In this document: positions 38,308 to 46,810 of the stretch, piece by piece
Layout: every line of letters begins with the position of its first letter
Numbering within the stretch: position 1 is the stretch's first letter
Source: Proteiniphilum sp. UBA5384
Lineage (GTDB): Bacteria > Bacteroidota > Bacteroidia > Bacteroidales > Dysgonomonadaceae
DNA length: 64,000 nucleotides
Direction of reading: 5' to 3'
Assembly (NCBI RefSeq): GCF_002410825.1
Contig: NZ_DHOS01000034.1
Location: 90,088 to 154,087 of the forward strand
Notes under the pieces: model-generated
Database searches by the model: none
Told to the model about the DNA's origin: nothing
Seen by the model: only the letters and a program-made list of their open reading frames with translations
Position numbers and translations under genes: made by a program

Positions 38308-39428
38308 ATTAATTTCTTTTTTAGTTCGGTGATGAAAAAATCAACGTCTTCTTTTGATATCGAGAGTGGCGGTAATAGTCGCATTACATTATTCTTTGCC
38401 CCTCCGGTAAAGATATGACTTTCGAAGAGAAGTTGGTTGCGGATATCTGCAAATTCAGGGAGAAACTCTATGCCGAGCATCAATCCCTGCCCACGAAGTT
38501 CTGTAATGCCCTCAATTTCTGATAACTTATGCCGGAGATAACTACCCACCTTTTCTGCGTTTTTTACCAGTGACTCTTCTTTTATGATATTGAGCACCGC
38601 AATGGCTGCTGCACAGGCAAGATGGTTTCCTCCAAAGGTGGTGCCGAGTATTCCTTTTTTTGCTTCGAATTTGGGAGAGATCAGCACGCCTCCGATTGGA
38701 AAACCGTTTCCCATCCCTTTGGCTATCGTGATTAAGTCGGGTCGTATGCCGGCTGATTGATGAGCAAAGAACTGGCCACTACGACCATATCCCGACTGTA
38801 TTTCATCGAGGATTAATATTACATCATTCTCGCTGCAGAGGGATGATAATTGCTGCAAAAATAAATTTTCGGGGGTATAGATACCTGCAACTCCGAGGAT
38901 ACCCTCGATAATGACAGCGGCGACATTCCCCTTGTTGATTTCGGTGGCTACCGCTTCTATATCGTTGAGCGGAACAAAAGTAACTACATGTCCTTTATTA
39001 TAAGGAGCCTGGATAGCCGGGTTGTCCGTGACTGCCACTGCTCCCGAGGTGCGTCCGTGGAACGCACCTCGAAAAGCGATCACACGTTTCTTTCCAGTAT
39101 GAAAAGAGGCCAGTTTTAATGCATTCTCGTTGGCTTCAGCACCGGAGTTACAAAGAAATAGTGAATAATCGGAATAACCGGATTGTTCACCCAGTTTATT
39201 AGCCAGTTCCAGCTGTAAAGAGTTCTGTACCGAGTTGGAGTAGAATCCGATCTTCTCTATCTGATGCTGTAACGTTTCTACATAATGAGGGTGAGAGTGT
39301 CCGATGGAAATGACAGCATGTCCCCCATAAAGATCCAGGTATTCCGTTCCTTCATTGTCCCATACATGGCAACCTTTACCCTGTACAGGCTCAATATCCC
39401 ACAAACTATATACGTCGAATAGGTTCAT
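38304..39428 (-). CDS. argD: N-acylornithine aminotransferase
   Basis: DEIQSGYGRSG, TIAKGMGNG, GTTFGGN. Confidence 0.94.
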   Translation of the reverse strand: MNLFDVYSLWDIEPVQGKGCHVWDNEGTEYLDLYGGHAVISIGHSHPHYVETLQHQIEKIGFYSNSVQNSLQLELANKLGEQSGYSDYSLFLCNSGAEANENALKLASFHTGKKRVIAFRGAFHGRTSGAVAVTDNPAIQAPYNKGHVVTFVPLNDIEAVATEINKGNVAAVIIEGILGVAGIYTPENLFLQQLSSLCSENDVILILDEIQSGYGRSGQFFAHQSAGIRPDLITIAKGMGNGFPIGGVLISPKFEAKKGILGTTFGGNHLACAAAIAVLNIIKEESLVKNAEKVGSYLRHKLSEIEGITELRGQGLMLGIEFLPEFADIRNQLLFESHIFTGGAKNNVMRLLPPLSISKEDVDFFITELKKKLI

Positions 39429-39517
39429 CCTTTTAAGTTAAAAATAAAAAATTAAATCCGAGACAAGATAAAATTGATTTGTAGATTAGCTGATTAAATT
39501 ATCATTACATCATTACA

Positions 39518-40492
39518 TCAGAACGCGTTTCCCTTCAATCGCAACCCCGTTGTTTCATCCAACCCGAACATCAGGTTCATGTTCTGCACAGCCTGTCCTG
39601 ATGCTCCTTTTACTAGATTATCAATGATAGAGGTGATATGGATATAGCCGTTATGGAATTCGATATGCAATAGACCTTTATTGGTATTTACCACCTCTTT
39701 CAGACTGATAGCTTGTTGAGATATGAACACGAACGGGGAGGATCGATAGTATCCTTTATATAGATCGATTACTTCCGGTTCAGGCAGAGAGCCGTTCCAT
39801 TTCGTATAGACACTGGCAAAAATACCACGGGTGAAATCACCCCGCATTGGCACAAAGTTGACCTGTGGCAGATTATTATTCCCTGCGCTTTTCAATGTAT
39901 TACCGATCTCTTCCAGATGTTGATGCGTGAAGGGTTTATATACTGAAATATTATTGTCACGGTAGCTGAAATGCGTAGTGTCACCCGGTTTTTTTCCTGC
40001 GCCGGTAGAACCTGTAATGGCATGCACATGTATTTCTTCTTTCAACAGATTCCGGGATGCCAAGGGCAATAGCGCCAGCATAATCGTCGTGGCGAAACAG
40101 CCTGGGTTGGCTACATTCATAGCGGTACGGATCTGTTCCCGGTTTTGTTCGCAGAGTCCAAATACAAAATGCCGGTTATTGAACACCGGATTATTACGGA
40201 AATCATTGCCAAGGTCAATAATCCTGCATGATGAGGGAATATTATTATCACTTAGAAAAGCCCGTGATAACCCATGTCCCAGACAAAGGAATATCACATC
40301 GGGTTGATGGAAGGTTTCGCTGAAGACCAGATTTGTGTCGCCCAACAAGTCACGATGTATTTCCGCTACCGGCGTTCCCACCGATGTAGTGCTAATCACC
40401 GACTCTATGTTTACTTCAGGGTGATGGAGCAGGATACGGAGCAGTTCTCCTGCTGTATACCCTGTTCCGCCGGCTATGCTTACATTAATCAT
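39518..40492 (-). CDS. argC: N-acyl-gamma-glutamyl-phosphate reductase
   Basis: GGTGYTA, ANPGCFAT, DNLVKGASGQAVQN. Confidence 0.96.
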   Translation of the reverse strand: MINVSIAGGTGYTAGELLRILLHHPEVNIESVISTTSVGTPVAEIHRDLLGDTNLVFSETFHQPDVIFLCLGHGLSRAFLSDNNIPSSCRIIDLGNDFRNNPVFNNRHFVFGLCEQNREQIRTAMNVANPGCFATTIMLALLPLASRNLLKEEIHVHAITGSTGAGKKPGDTTHFSYRDNNISVYKPFTHQHLEEIGNTLKSAGNNNLPQVNFVPMRGDFTRGIFASVYTKWNGSLPEPEVIDLYKGYYRSSPFVFISQQAISLKEVVNTNKGLLHIEFHNGYIHITSIIDNLVKGASGQAVQNMNLMFGLDETTGLRLKGNAF

Positions 40493-41675
40493 TGTCGTGA
40501 ATTGTATAATAAATTTTCAACGGGTTGGCGATTACTTTTGTGAATCCTACTACATCCTGGCCGGAGAATGATTTGTTGATCTCTCCGTATTCGCCGAATT
40601 TGGAATTCATCAGGTCGTATTCGCTGGAACATCCCAATACAGCGAAGTGATAAGGACGTAATTCTATTTCTACTTCACCCGTTACATAATGCTGGGTGTC
40701 GTTAAGGAATGTCTCGATATTGCGCATTACCGGTTCAAGGTATTGTGCCTCATGCATCAGTTGACCGTACCAATTGGCGAGCTGCTCTTTCCAATAGAGT
40801 TGTTGTTTGGTCAGTACATGTTTTTCCAACAGGTGATGCGCCTTGACGATGATCAGTGGAGCCGGAGCTTCAAAAGCGACACGTCCTTTGGTCCCGATAA
40901 TGGTATCGCCCACATGTACATCACGCCCGATACCATATTTCGAAGCAATCTTGTGTAACGTATGGATTAATGCAACGGGAGCCATCTTTTCACCATTGAG
41001 CGCGATCGGTTCGCCTTTTTCAAATTTTAAAGTGATGCGTTTCGTTCCCCTGTCGGTTACCTGTGAGGGATATGCCTCTTCGGGCAGTACGCCGGACGAT
41101 TTCAGTGTTTCCACGCCTCCTACGCTGGTTCCCCAGATTCCCTGGTTAATGGAATATTTCGATTTTTCCCATGAAAAGTCGAACCCTTTTTCTTTCAGGT
41201 AATCAATCTCCTGTTGACGGGAAAGGCATAACTCACGGATCGGTGCAATAATCTGTACTTCCGGTGCCAATACTTCAAATACCAGGTCGAACCGTACCTG
41301 GTCATTCCCGGCACCCGTACTCCCATGTGCCACGAAATCAGCACCTACTTCCTTTACATGATCCAGTATTGCCATTGCCTGAAAGAAACGCTCGGAACTG
41401 ACTGATAACGGATAGGTGTTATTTTTTAATACATTCCCAAAAATGAGGTATTTGATGCCTCTGCTATAATAGTCATCCACAGCATCGATGCAAGTGTGGG
41501 TGGAGGCGCCCAATTGTAATGCACGTGCTTCGATTGACTTTGCTTCTTCGTTTGAAAAACCGCCTGTGTTCACAATAACGGTATGTACTTCCAGTCCTTT
41601 TTCATTGATCAGCCAAGGCACACAAAACGAGGTGTCGAGGCCTCCACTAAACGCTAATACTACTTTTTTCTTCAT
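40485..41675 (-). CDS. argG: Argininosuccinate synthase
   Basis: LAFSGGLDTS, HGSTGAGNDQVRF. Confidence 0.97.
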   Translation of the reverse strand: MKKKVVLAFSGGLDTSFCVPWLINEKGLEVHTVIVNTGGFSNEEAKSIEARALQLGASTHTCIDAVDDYYSRGIKYLIFGNVLKNNTYPLSVSSERFFQAMAILDHVKEVGADFVAHGSTGAGNDQVRFDLVFEVLAPEVQIIAPIRELCLSRQQEIDYLKEKGFDFSWEKSKYSINQGIWGTSVGGVETLKSSGVLPEEAYPSQVTDRGTKRITLKFEKGEPIALNGEKMAPVALIHTLHKIASKYGIGRDVHVGDTIIGTKGRVAFEAPAPLIIVKAHHLLEKHVLTKQQLYWKEQLANWYGQLMHEAQYLEPVMRNIETFLNDTQHYVTGEVEIELRPYHFAVLGCSSEYDLMNSKFGEYGEINKSFSGQDVVGFTKVIANPLKIYYTIHDND

Positions 41676-42289
41676 TTTTTATGTAATTTATTGGTTTTTT
41701 TTATTTTGATGACCGGTTTTACCACCTTCTTTGCGAAAGGGCTAGCCTGCATCGCCGGCTGTACCTTAGGATCGTAGAGTAAACCTGTGCAGAGGCACAT
41801 CCTGTAGTTATTACGTTGAAGGATATCAAAATTCCTGCATCCCTGACATCCTTTCCAGAACTCTTCGTCATCGGTCAATTCAGAAAATGTGACAGGCTTG
41901 AATCCCAGTTCTGTATTCATTTTCATTACTGCCAGACCGGTCGTGATGCTGAATATTTTGGCATTCGGATAGAGTTTACGGGAAAGATCAAAAATTTTTC
42001 TTTTGATTTTCTTGGCCAGTCCCTGGTTACGATAATCGGGATGTACTACCAGTCCGGAATTAGCTACAAAACGCTTGTGACTAAAAGTTTCGATATAGGC
42101 AAAGCCCACTAGCTTATCACCATCGAGGGCGATCACCGCTTTGCCTGCTTCAATCTTTTCAGCTACATACTCAGCACTGCGTTTGGCAATACCTGTGCCG
42201 CGTGCTTGTGCAGACTCGTAAATAAGATCGCAAATCTCTTGCGCATAGTCTACGTAGCCGCTATTGGCAATATGAATAATTACATTCAT
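41672..42289 (-). CDS. GNAT acyltransferase, first gene of the arg operon (Bacteroidetes ArgA-like N-acylglutamate synthase)
   Basis: VVHPDYRNQGLA CoA-binding motif; position in operon; C-terminal CxxC...CxC. Confidence 0.8.
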   Translation of the reverse strand: MNVIIHIANSGYVDYAQEICDLIYESAQARGTGIAKRSAEYVAEKIEAGKAVIALDGDKLVGFAYIETFSHKRFVANSGLVVHPDYRNQGLAKKIKRKIFDLSRKLYPNAKIFSITTGLAVMKMNTELGFKPVTFSELTDDEEFWKGCQGCRNFDILQRNNYRMCLCTGLLYDPKVQPAMQASPFAKKVVKPVIKIKKTNKLHKK

Positions 42290-42329
42290 CCTAAAACAAT
42301 AAAATAATTAGAGAGTTGATTGTAAAGTG

Positions 42330-42385
42330 TTGCCCCGAGGGCAAAAAGATAAAAGGGGAAAGGTGCGGAACCCGAAGTTCACGCA
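42330..42385 (-). terminator. Attenuator-like hairpins in the arg leader
   Basis: TGCG-t-GAAC-ttcgg-GTTC-CGCA (42385-42364), then a pyrimidine tract, then TTGCCC-tcg-GGGCAA (42344-42330). Confidence 0.5.
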
Positions 42386-42389
42386 TAAT

Positions 42390-42455
42390 TCAAAAGCATC
42401 GTCGGACTAAGACTGCTGCTTGGGGATAGTGGATATGTGAAAAGTATATCTTCAT
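42390..42455 (-). CDS. Putative arg operon leader peptide MKIYFSHIHYPQAAVLVRRCF
   Basis: 21-codon uORF with tandem CGA CGA codons; starts 7 nt after a TAnnTTTG box and ends 4 nt before a hairpin. Confidence 0.6.
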   Translation of the reverse strand: MKIYFSHIHYPQAAVLVRRCF

Positions 42456-42462
42456 CAGGCTG

Positions 42463-42470
42463 CAAAAGTA
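42463..42470 (-). promoter_or_regulatory. -7 box of the arg operon
   Basis: TACTTTTG on the minus strand; no clear -33 TTTG. Confidence 0.6.
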
Positions 42471-42716
42471 ATCATTATATTTGTATTTGTTACTCTTTTC
42501 TGTGAAAAACTTACTAAAATCAGACTATTTCAGTCCTTTTGCATTATTTTTATGCCTGACATCGGCTTTGATGCATTCAAATGAATGAGAAATTTATTTC
42601 TACCCATTACTTAACGAAATAATTGTTTTTTTCTTTATAAACGGCAAACTGTTTTTTTATTTCCACAAAAAATACAAAAATGTATTAATTGAGTTGTCTT
42701 TTTGATACTTTTGTCT

Positions 42717-42724
42717 TATTTTTG
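42717..42724 (+). promoter_or_regulatory. -7 box for the radical SAM gene (a second box at 42706-42713)
   Basis: TATTTTTG and TACTTTTG. Confidence 0.45.
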
Positions 42725-42818
42725 CATAGTTGGAACTGCAATCTAGACCTCACTTCCCGTTTCGCGGGCACTTATTTACTTCCTGTGGTTCACCAAGCAG
42801 AACATAATTCAAATTGAT

Positions 42819-44150
42819 ATGGAAAATAAAAAGTATAGAAATTTCATTTTGCGTAATTATAATGATTTACCTCAATTGAGTGCCTTATCCGATCAGGAAA
42901 GGGAGGCAATAGGTGTTGTGGGCAGGGTGCTGCCTTTTAAGGCAAATAATTATGTGGTGGAGGAATTGATTAACTGGAACAATGTGCCGGAAGATCCTAT
43001 TTTTACGCTCACTTTTCCACGGGAGGAAATGCTCTCGAAAACCCATTATGCGCAGGTGAAGAAGTTGATTGATGCGGGGGATGATACGGCATTAAAACAA
43101 AAAGTATACGATATCAGGATGAAGTTGAACCCCAATCCGGCAGGACAGGAGCATAATGTGCCGACGGTAGACGGGGTAAAATTACATGGTATGCAGCATA
43201 AATATCGGGAAACGGTCCTTTTCTTTCCCAGTCAGGGACAGACCTGTCATGCTTATTGTACTTTCTGTTTCCGTTGGCCGCAATTTTCAGGTATGAATGA
43301 GTTAAAATTTGCGATGAAAGAAGCTGCTTTGCTTCACAAGTACCTGCTGAAACATCCCAAAGTATCGGACGTCCTTTTTACAGGCGGTGATCCGCTGACG
43401 GCAAAGGCCAGTATTATGGCAACCTATATCGAGCCGCTTCTGACAAAAGAGTTCTCTCATATCCGGAATATCCGTATCGGGTCGAAGACTTTGGCTTACT
43501 GGCCATACCGGTTTCTGACAGACAAAGATGCAGACGATATGTTGCGTTTGTTTGAGAAGGTGAAAAAGGCTGGTAAGCACCTTGCTTTCCAGGGGCACTT
43601 TAACCATCCGGTAGAACTTTCAACCGACGCAGTGCAACAAGCTATCCAGAGAATACTCAATACCGGAGCACAGATTAGGACCCAGTCGCCTTTACTGCGT
43701 CATATCAATGATAATCCCCAGACATGGGCTAATATGTGGAAAGAGCAGGTCAGGCAAGGTTTGATACCTTATTATATGTTTGTAGCACGGGATACCGGTT
43801 CCAAAACTTTCTTTGAAGTGCCGCTGGAAAAAGCATGGAATATTTTCAGGAAGGCTTATCGTAGTGTGAGCGGTATTTGCCGTACTGTCCGCGGACCCAG
43901 TATGAGTGCCAATCCGGGAAAGATACAAATCCTGGGTGTGACAGAGGTAAACGGGGAGAAAGTGTTTGTGTTGCGTTTTCTTCAGTGCCGTAATCCAGAC
44001 TTGGTGGATATACCTTTCTTTGCGAGATACGATAAAAAAGCGACATGGTTTGATGAACTCTCTCCGGCGTTTGGAGAGAAAGAATTTTTCTTCCAGAAAG
44101 ATAATCTGTTGGGAAGGCATGAAAGAGATGATGATTTTATGTGGGAATAG
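42819..44150 (+). CDS. KamA-family radical SAM/PLP aminomutase-like protein
   Basis: CHAYCTFC (CxxxCxxC), VLFTGGDPL, HFNHP, TQSPLL, PYY, PGK. Confidence 0.88.
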   Translation: MENKKYRNFILRNYNDLPQLSALSDQEREAIGVVGRVLPFKANNYVVEELINWNNVPEDPIFTLTFPREEMLSKTHYAQVKKLIDAGDDTALKQKVYDIRMKLNPNPAGQEHNVPTVDGVKLHGMQHKYRETVLFFPSQGQTCHAYCTFCFRWPQFSGMNELKFAMKEAALLHKYLLKHPKVSDVLFTGGDPLTAKASIMATYIEPLLTKEFSHIRNIRIGSKTLAYWPYRFLTDKDADDMLRLFEKVKKAGKHLAFQGHFNHPVELSTDAVQQAIQRILNTGAQIRTQSPLLRHINDNPQTWANMWKEQVRQGLIPYYMFVARDTGSKTFFEVPLEKAWNIFRKAYRSVSGICRTVRGPSMSANPGKIQILGVTEVNGEKVFVLRFLQCRNPDLVDIPFFARYDKKATWFDELSPAFGEKEFFFQKDNLLGRHERDDDFMWE

Positions 44151-44290
44151 AGGCTGAATTCATTCCTTTTTTTCTATTTATCAACAAAAAACTCAATGTT
44201 TTAAATAATTAACATTGAATTCGCTGATTTATTACTTATTTTGTTGGTTTGAAACGAGCATGACAACTGTTGTATGAAAATAGAAACACT

Positions 44291-45055
44291 ATGGGTCGAA
44301 TTATAGCTCTGGCAAATCAGAAGGGAGGAGTGGGGAAAACTACCACCACAATTAATCTTGCAGCATCGCTTGCCGCATTGGAAAAAAAAGTATTGGTTGT
44401 TGATGCCGATCCTCAGGCGAATGCTTCCTCGGGATTAGGCCTTGACATTAAAAAGGTAACCAACACCATTTATGAAGGCCTGATTGGTAAGTGTACCCCC
44501 GAAGAAGCGGTACAGCATACTCCATTCGAAAATATCGATATCATCTCCTCTCATATCAACCTGGTAGGCGCTGAGCTGGAAATGGTACAGATGGAAACCA
44601 GGGAGAAGAGATTGAGAAATCTTTTGCATCCGGTAAGTGATCGGTATGACTTTATCCTGATAGATTGTTCCCCCTCATTGGGCATTATTACGGTAAATGC
44701 ACTTACCGCTGCCGATTCGGTCCTGATTCCCGTGCAATGCGAGTATTTTGCACTGGAAGGATTGAGCAAGTTATTGAATACAATAAAGATTATTAAGTCA
44801 AAACTGAATACGAAGCTCGAGATAGAGGGTTTTGTCCTTACGATGTATGATTCCCGGTTGCGTCTTCATAACCAAATCTACGAAGAGGTGAAGCATCACT
44901 TCAAAGAATTGGTATTTACCACGGTTGTGCAGCGTAATATTACCCTCAGCGAATCACAGAGTCATGCCAAACCGGCACTCATGTACGATGCCGATTCACG
45001 TGGGGCGACAAATCATATACAGCTTGCACAGGAATTGATAGAAAAAAATTCGTAA
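44291..45055 (+). CDS. parA: Chromosome partitioning ATPase ParA/Soj
   Basis: NQKGGVGKTTT, DADPQANAS, IDCSPSLG, EYFALEG. Confidence 0.96.
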   Translation: MGRIIALANQKGGVGKTTTTINLAASLAALEKKVLVVDADPQANASSGLGLDIKKVTNTIYEGLIGKCTPEEAVQHTPFENIDIISSHINLVGAELEMVQMETREKRLRNLLHPVSDRYDFILIDCSPSLGIITVNALTAADSVLIPVQCEYFALEGLSKLLNTIKIIKSKLNTKLEIEGFVLTMYDSRLRLHNQIYEEVKHHFKELVFTTVVQRNITLSESQSHAKPALMYDADSRGATNHIQLAQELIEKNS

Positions 45056-45080
45056 CTTTGTATTCCTTACGGTATAGATT

Positions 45081-45989
45081 ATGGCGAAAAAGAATGCATT
45101 AGGACGGGGATTGGATGCTCTGATCACCTTTAATGACGGTGAGACTCAAGGCTCTTCTTCCATCAGTGAGGTGGACCTTGACAAGATTGTTCCTAACCCG
45201 GATCAACCACGTAGGGCATTCGATGAGGAGGCCCTGCGGGAATTGGCGATATCCATCGGGTCGATTGGTGTAATTCAACCTGTCACATTAAGGAAATTAG
45301 AAGATGATACCTACCAGATCATTGCCGGTGAACGTAGGTATCGTGCTTCTCAGATAGCCGGATTGGACACTATCCCGGCTTATATCAAGACAGCCGACAA
45401 TGAAGAGATGATGGAGATGGCGCTGATTGAAAATATTCAGCGTGAGGATCTGAATTCTATTGAAATTGCCCTGGCATATCAGAATTTGATTGACTCCCTG
45501 TCCCTTACCCAGGAGCAATTGAGCGAGAGGGTAGGTAAGAAACGTACCACTGTTACCAATTACCTGCGCTTGTTAAAACTTCCGGCCGAGGTGCAGATGG
45601 GGGTAAAAAATAAAAAGATCGACATGGGGCATGCACGTGCTTTGATCACCATGAACGATCCGGTGAAGCAACTTTCATTATATAACCTCATCCTTGAAGA
45701 AGGATTGTCGGTACGGAAAGTGGAGTCGATAGTGAAAGGTTTAGAAGAAGGCATATCTATTGAACAATTGAATGGTGCCGGCAGCAAAAAAAACAAAACT
45801 ACGAAGACTTCTGCTACACAACAATTGTCTGACGACTTTGATGCGTTAAAACAACATCTCTCCTCCTATTTCCAGACTGATGTGCAATTCAGTTGCAACA
45901 AGCGAGGGAAAGGGAAGATTACCATTCCTTTTGATTCTACGGAGGATCTGGAGCGTCTTATTGTTATGTTTGATAAAATGCAAAAATAA
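45081..45989 (+). CDS. parB: Chromosome partitioning protein ParB
   Basis: LGRGLDALI, NPDQPR, IIAGERRYRA, ENIQREDLN, GHAR. Confidence 0.96.
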   Translation: MAKKNALGRGLDALITFNDGETQGSSSISEVDLDKIVPNPDQPRRAFDEEALRELAISIGSIGVIQPVTLRKLEDDTYQIIAGERRYRASQIAGLDTIPAYIKTADNEEMMEMALIENIQREDLNSIEIALAYQNLIDSLSLTQEQLSERVGKKRTTVTNYLRLLKLPAEVQMGVKNKKIDMGHARALITMNDPVKQLSLYNLILEEGLSVRKVESIVKGLEEGISIEQLNGAGSKKNKTTKTSATQQLSDDFDALKQHLSSYFQTDVQFSCNKRGKGKITIPFDSTEDLERLIVMFDKMQK

Positions 45990-45995
45990 TCGCCG

Positions 45996-46763
45996 ATGAT
46001 GAATGTGCCCGGAATCATTATTTGTCTGTTGATCCTCTTTAGTACGGTTAATGCCCAGGCGCAGATCCAGTCACTGCAACAGTTGCAGGACTCTATTCCC
46101 GTATTGGTGGAAGATTCCACGCTCTTGCAGGCGACTGATTCCGTCTCGATAAATGCGAAAGATAGTAAACAAGAAACCGGGAAACAAGATTCTGTCCTGA
46201 CAAAAAAGGATAAACTACCCGTTGAAATTACTTCCGATAAATTTTTCGCTCCTTCCTATATGTTTAGCCCTTCTCCGCGTAAAGCGGTTATTTATTCGGC
46301 TCTCTTTCCCGGCCTGGGGCAGATTTATAACCGTAAGTACTGGAAACTGCCTATCTTGTATGGTGGTGTTGCAGGGTTAACCTATGCTATCACATGGAAT
46401 AATGGGTATTATCAATATTATCTGGGAGGCTATAAAGATATTATGGATGATGATCCCGCAACTAACCGCTGGCATAGCATGTTGCCCTATGGACAGGATC
46501 CGGAGACGGCAAATATCCAGCAGATTACAAGTGTCTTACAACGGCAGAAAGACCGTTATCGCTATTATAGGGATTTGAGTATTATCATCACATTTGGTGT
46601 TTATTTGATTACCATCATAGATGCCTATGTAGATGCACAGTTATTCGATTTTAATATGAGCCCCGATTTATCAATGCGTATGACCCCTGTGATTATCAGG
46701 GAAGAGCGGGGTAATAAACTTGGAAGTTCGTCCTACGGATTACAGTGGAGTTTTAATTTTTAG
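45996..46763 (+). CDS. DUF5683 family protein
   Basis: SALFPGLGQIYNRKYWK, IIDAYVDAQL; usual position after parB. Confidence 0.8.
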   Translation: MMNVPGIIICLLILFSTVNAQAQIQSLQQLQDSIPVLVEDSTLLQATDSVSINAKDSKQETGKQDSVLTKKDKLPVEITSDKFFAPSYMFSPSPRKAVIYSALFPGLGQIYNRKYWKLPILYGGVAGLTYAITWNNGYYQYYLGGYKDIMDDDPATNRWHSMLPYGQDPETANIQQITSVLQRQKDRYRYYRDLSIIITFGVYLITIIDAYVDAQLFDFNMSPDLSMRMTPVIIREERGNKLGSSSYGLQWSFNF

Positions 46764-46776
46764 CAGTAAGAACATC

Positions 46777-46799
46777 ACCCGCTCATCTTCTGAGTGGGT
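46777..46799 (+). other. 9-bp intergenic stem-loop before mltD
   Basis: ACCCGCTCA-TCTTC-TGAGTGGGT with a weak T tail. Confidence 0.5.
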
Positions 46800-46810
46800 A
46801 ATTATTTGGT

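Noticed and set aside
42540-42556. ARG box (TGCAT...ATGC) upstream of the arg operon
   Set aside because: The half-sites are 7 nt apart rather than the canonical 4, and the surrounding DNA is very AT-rich.
44150-46000. parS site or replication origin near parAB
   Set aside because: No TGTTTCACGTGAAACA-like palindrome or DnaA-box cluster was found by eye.
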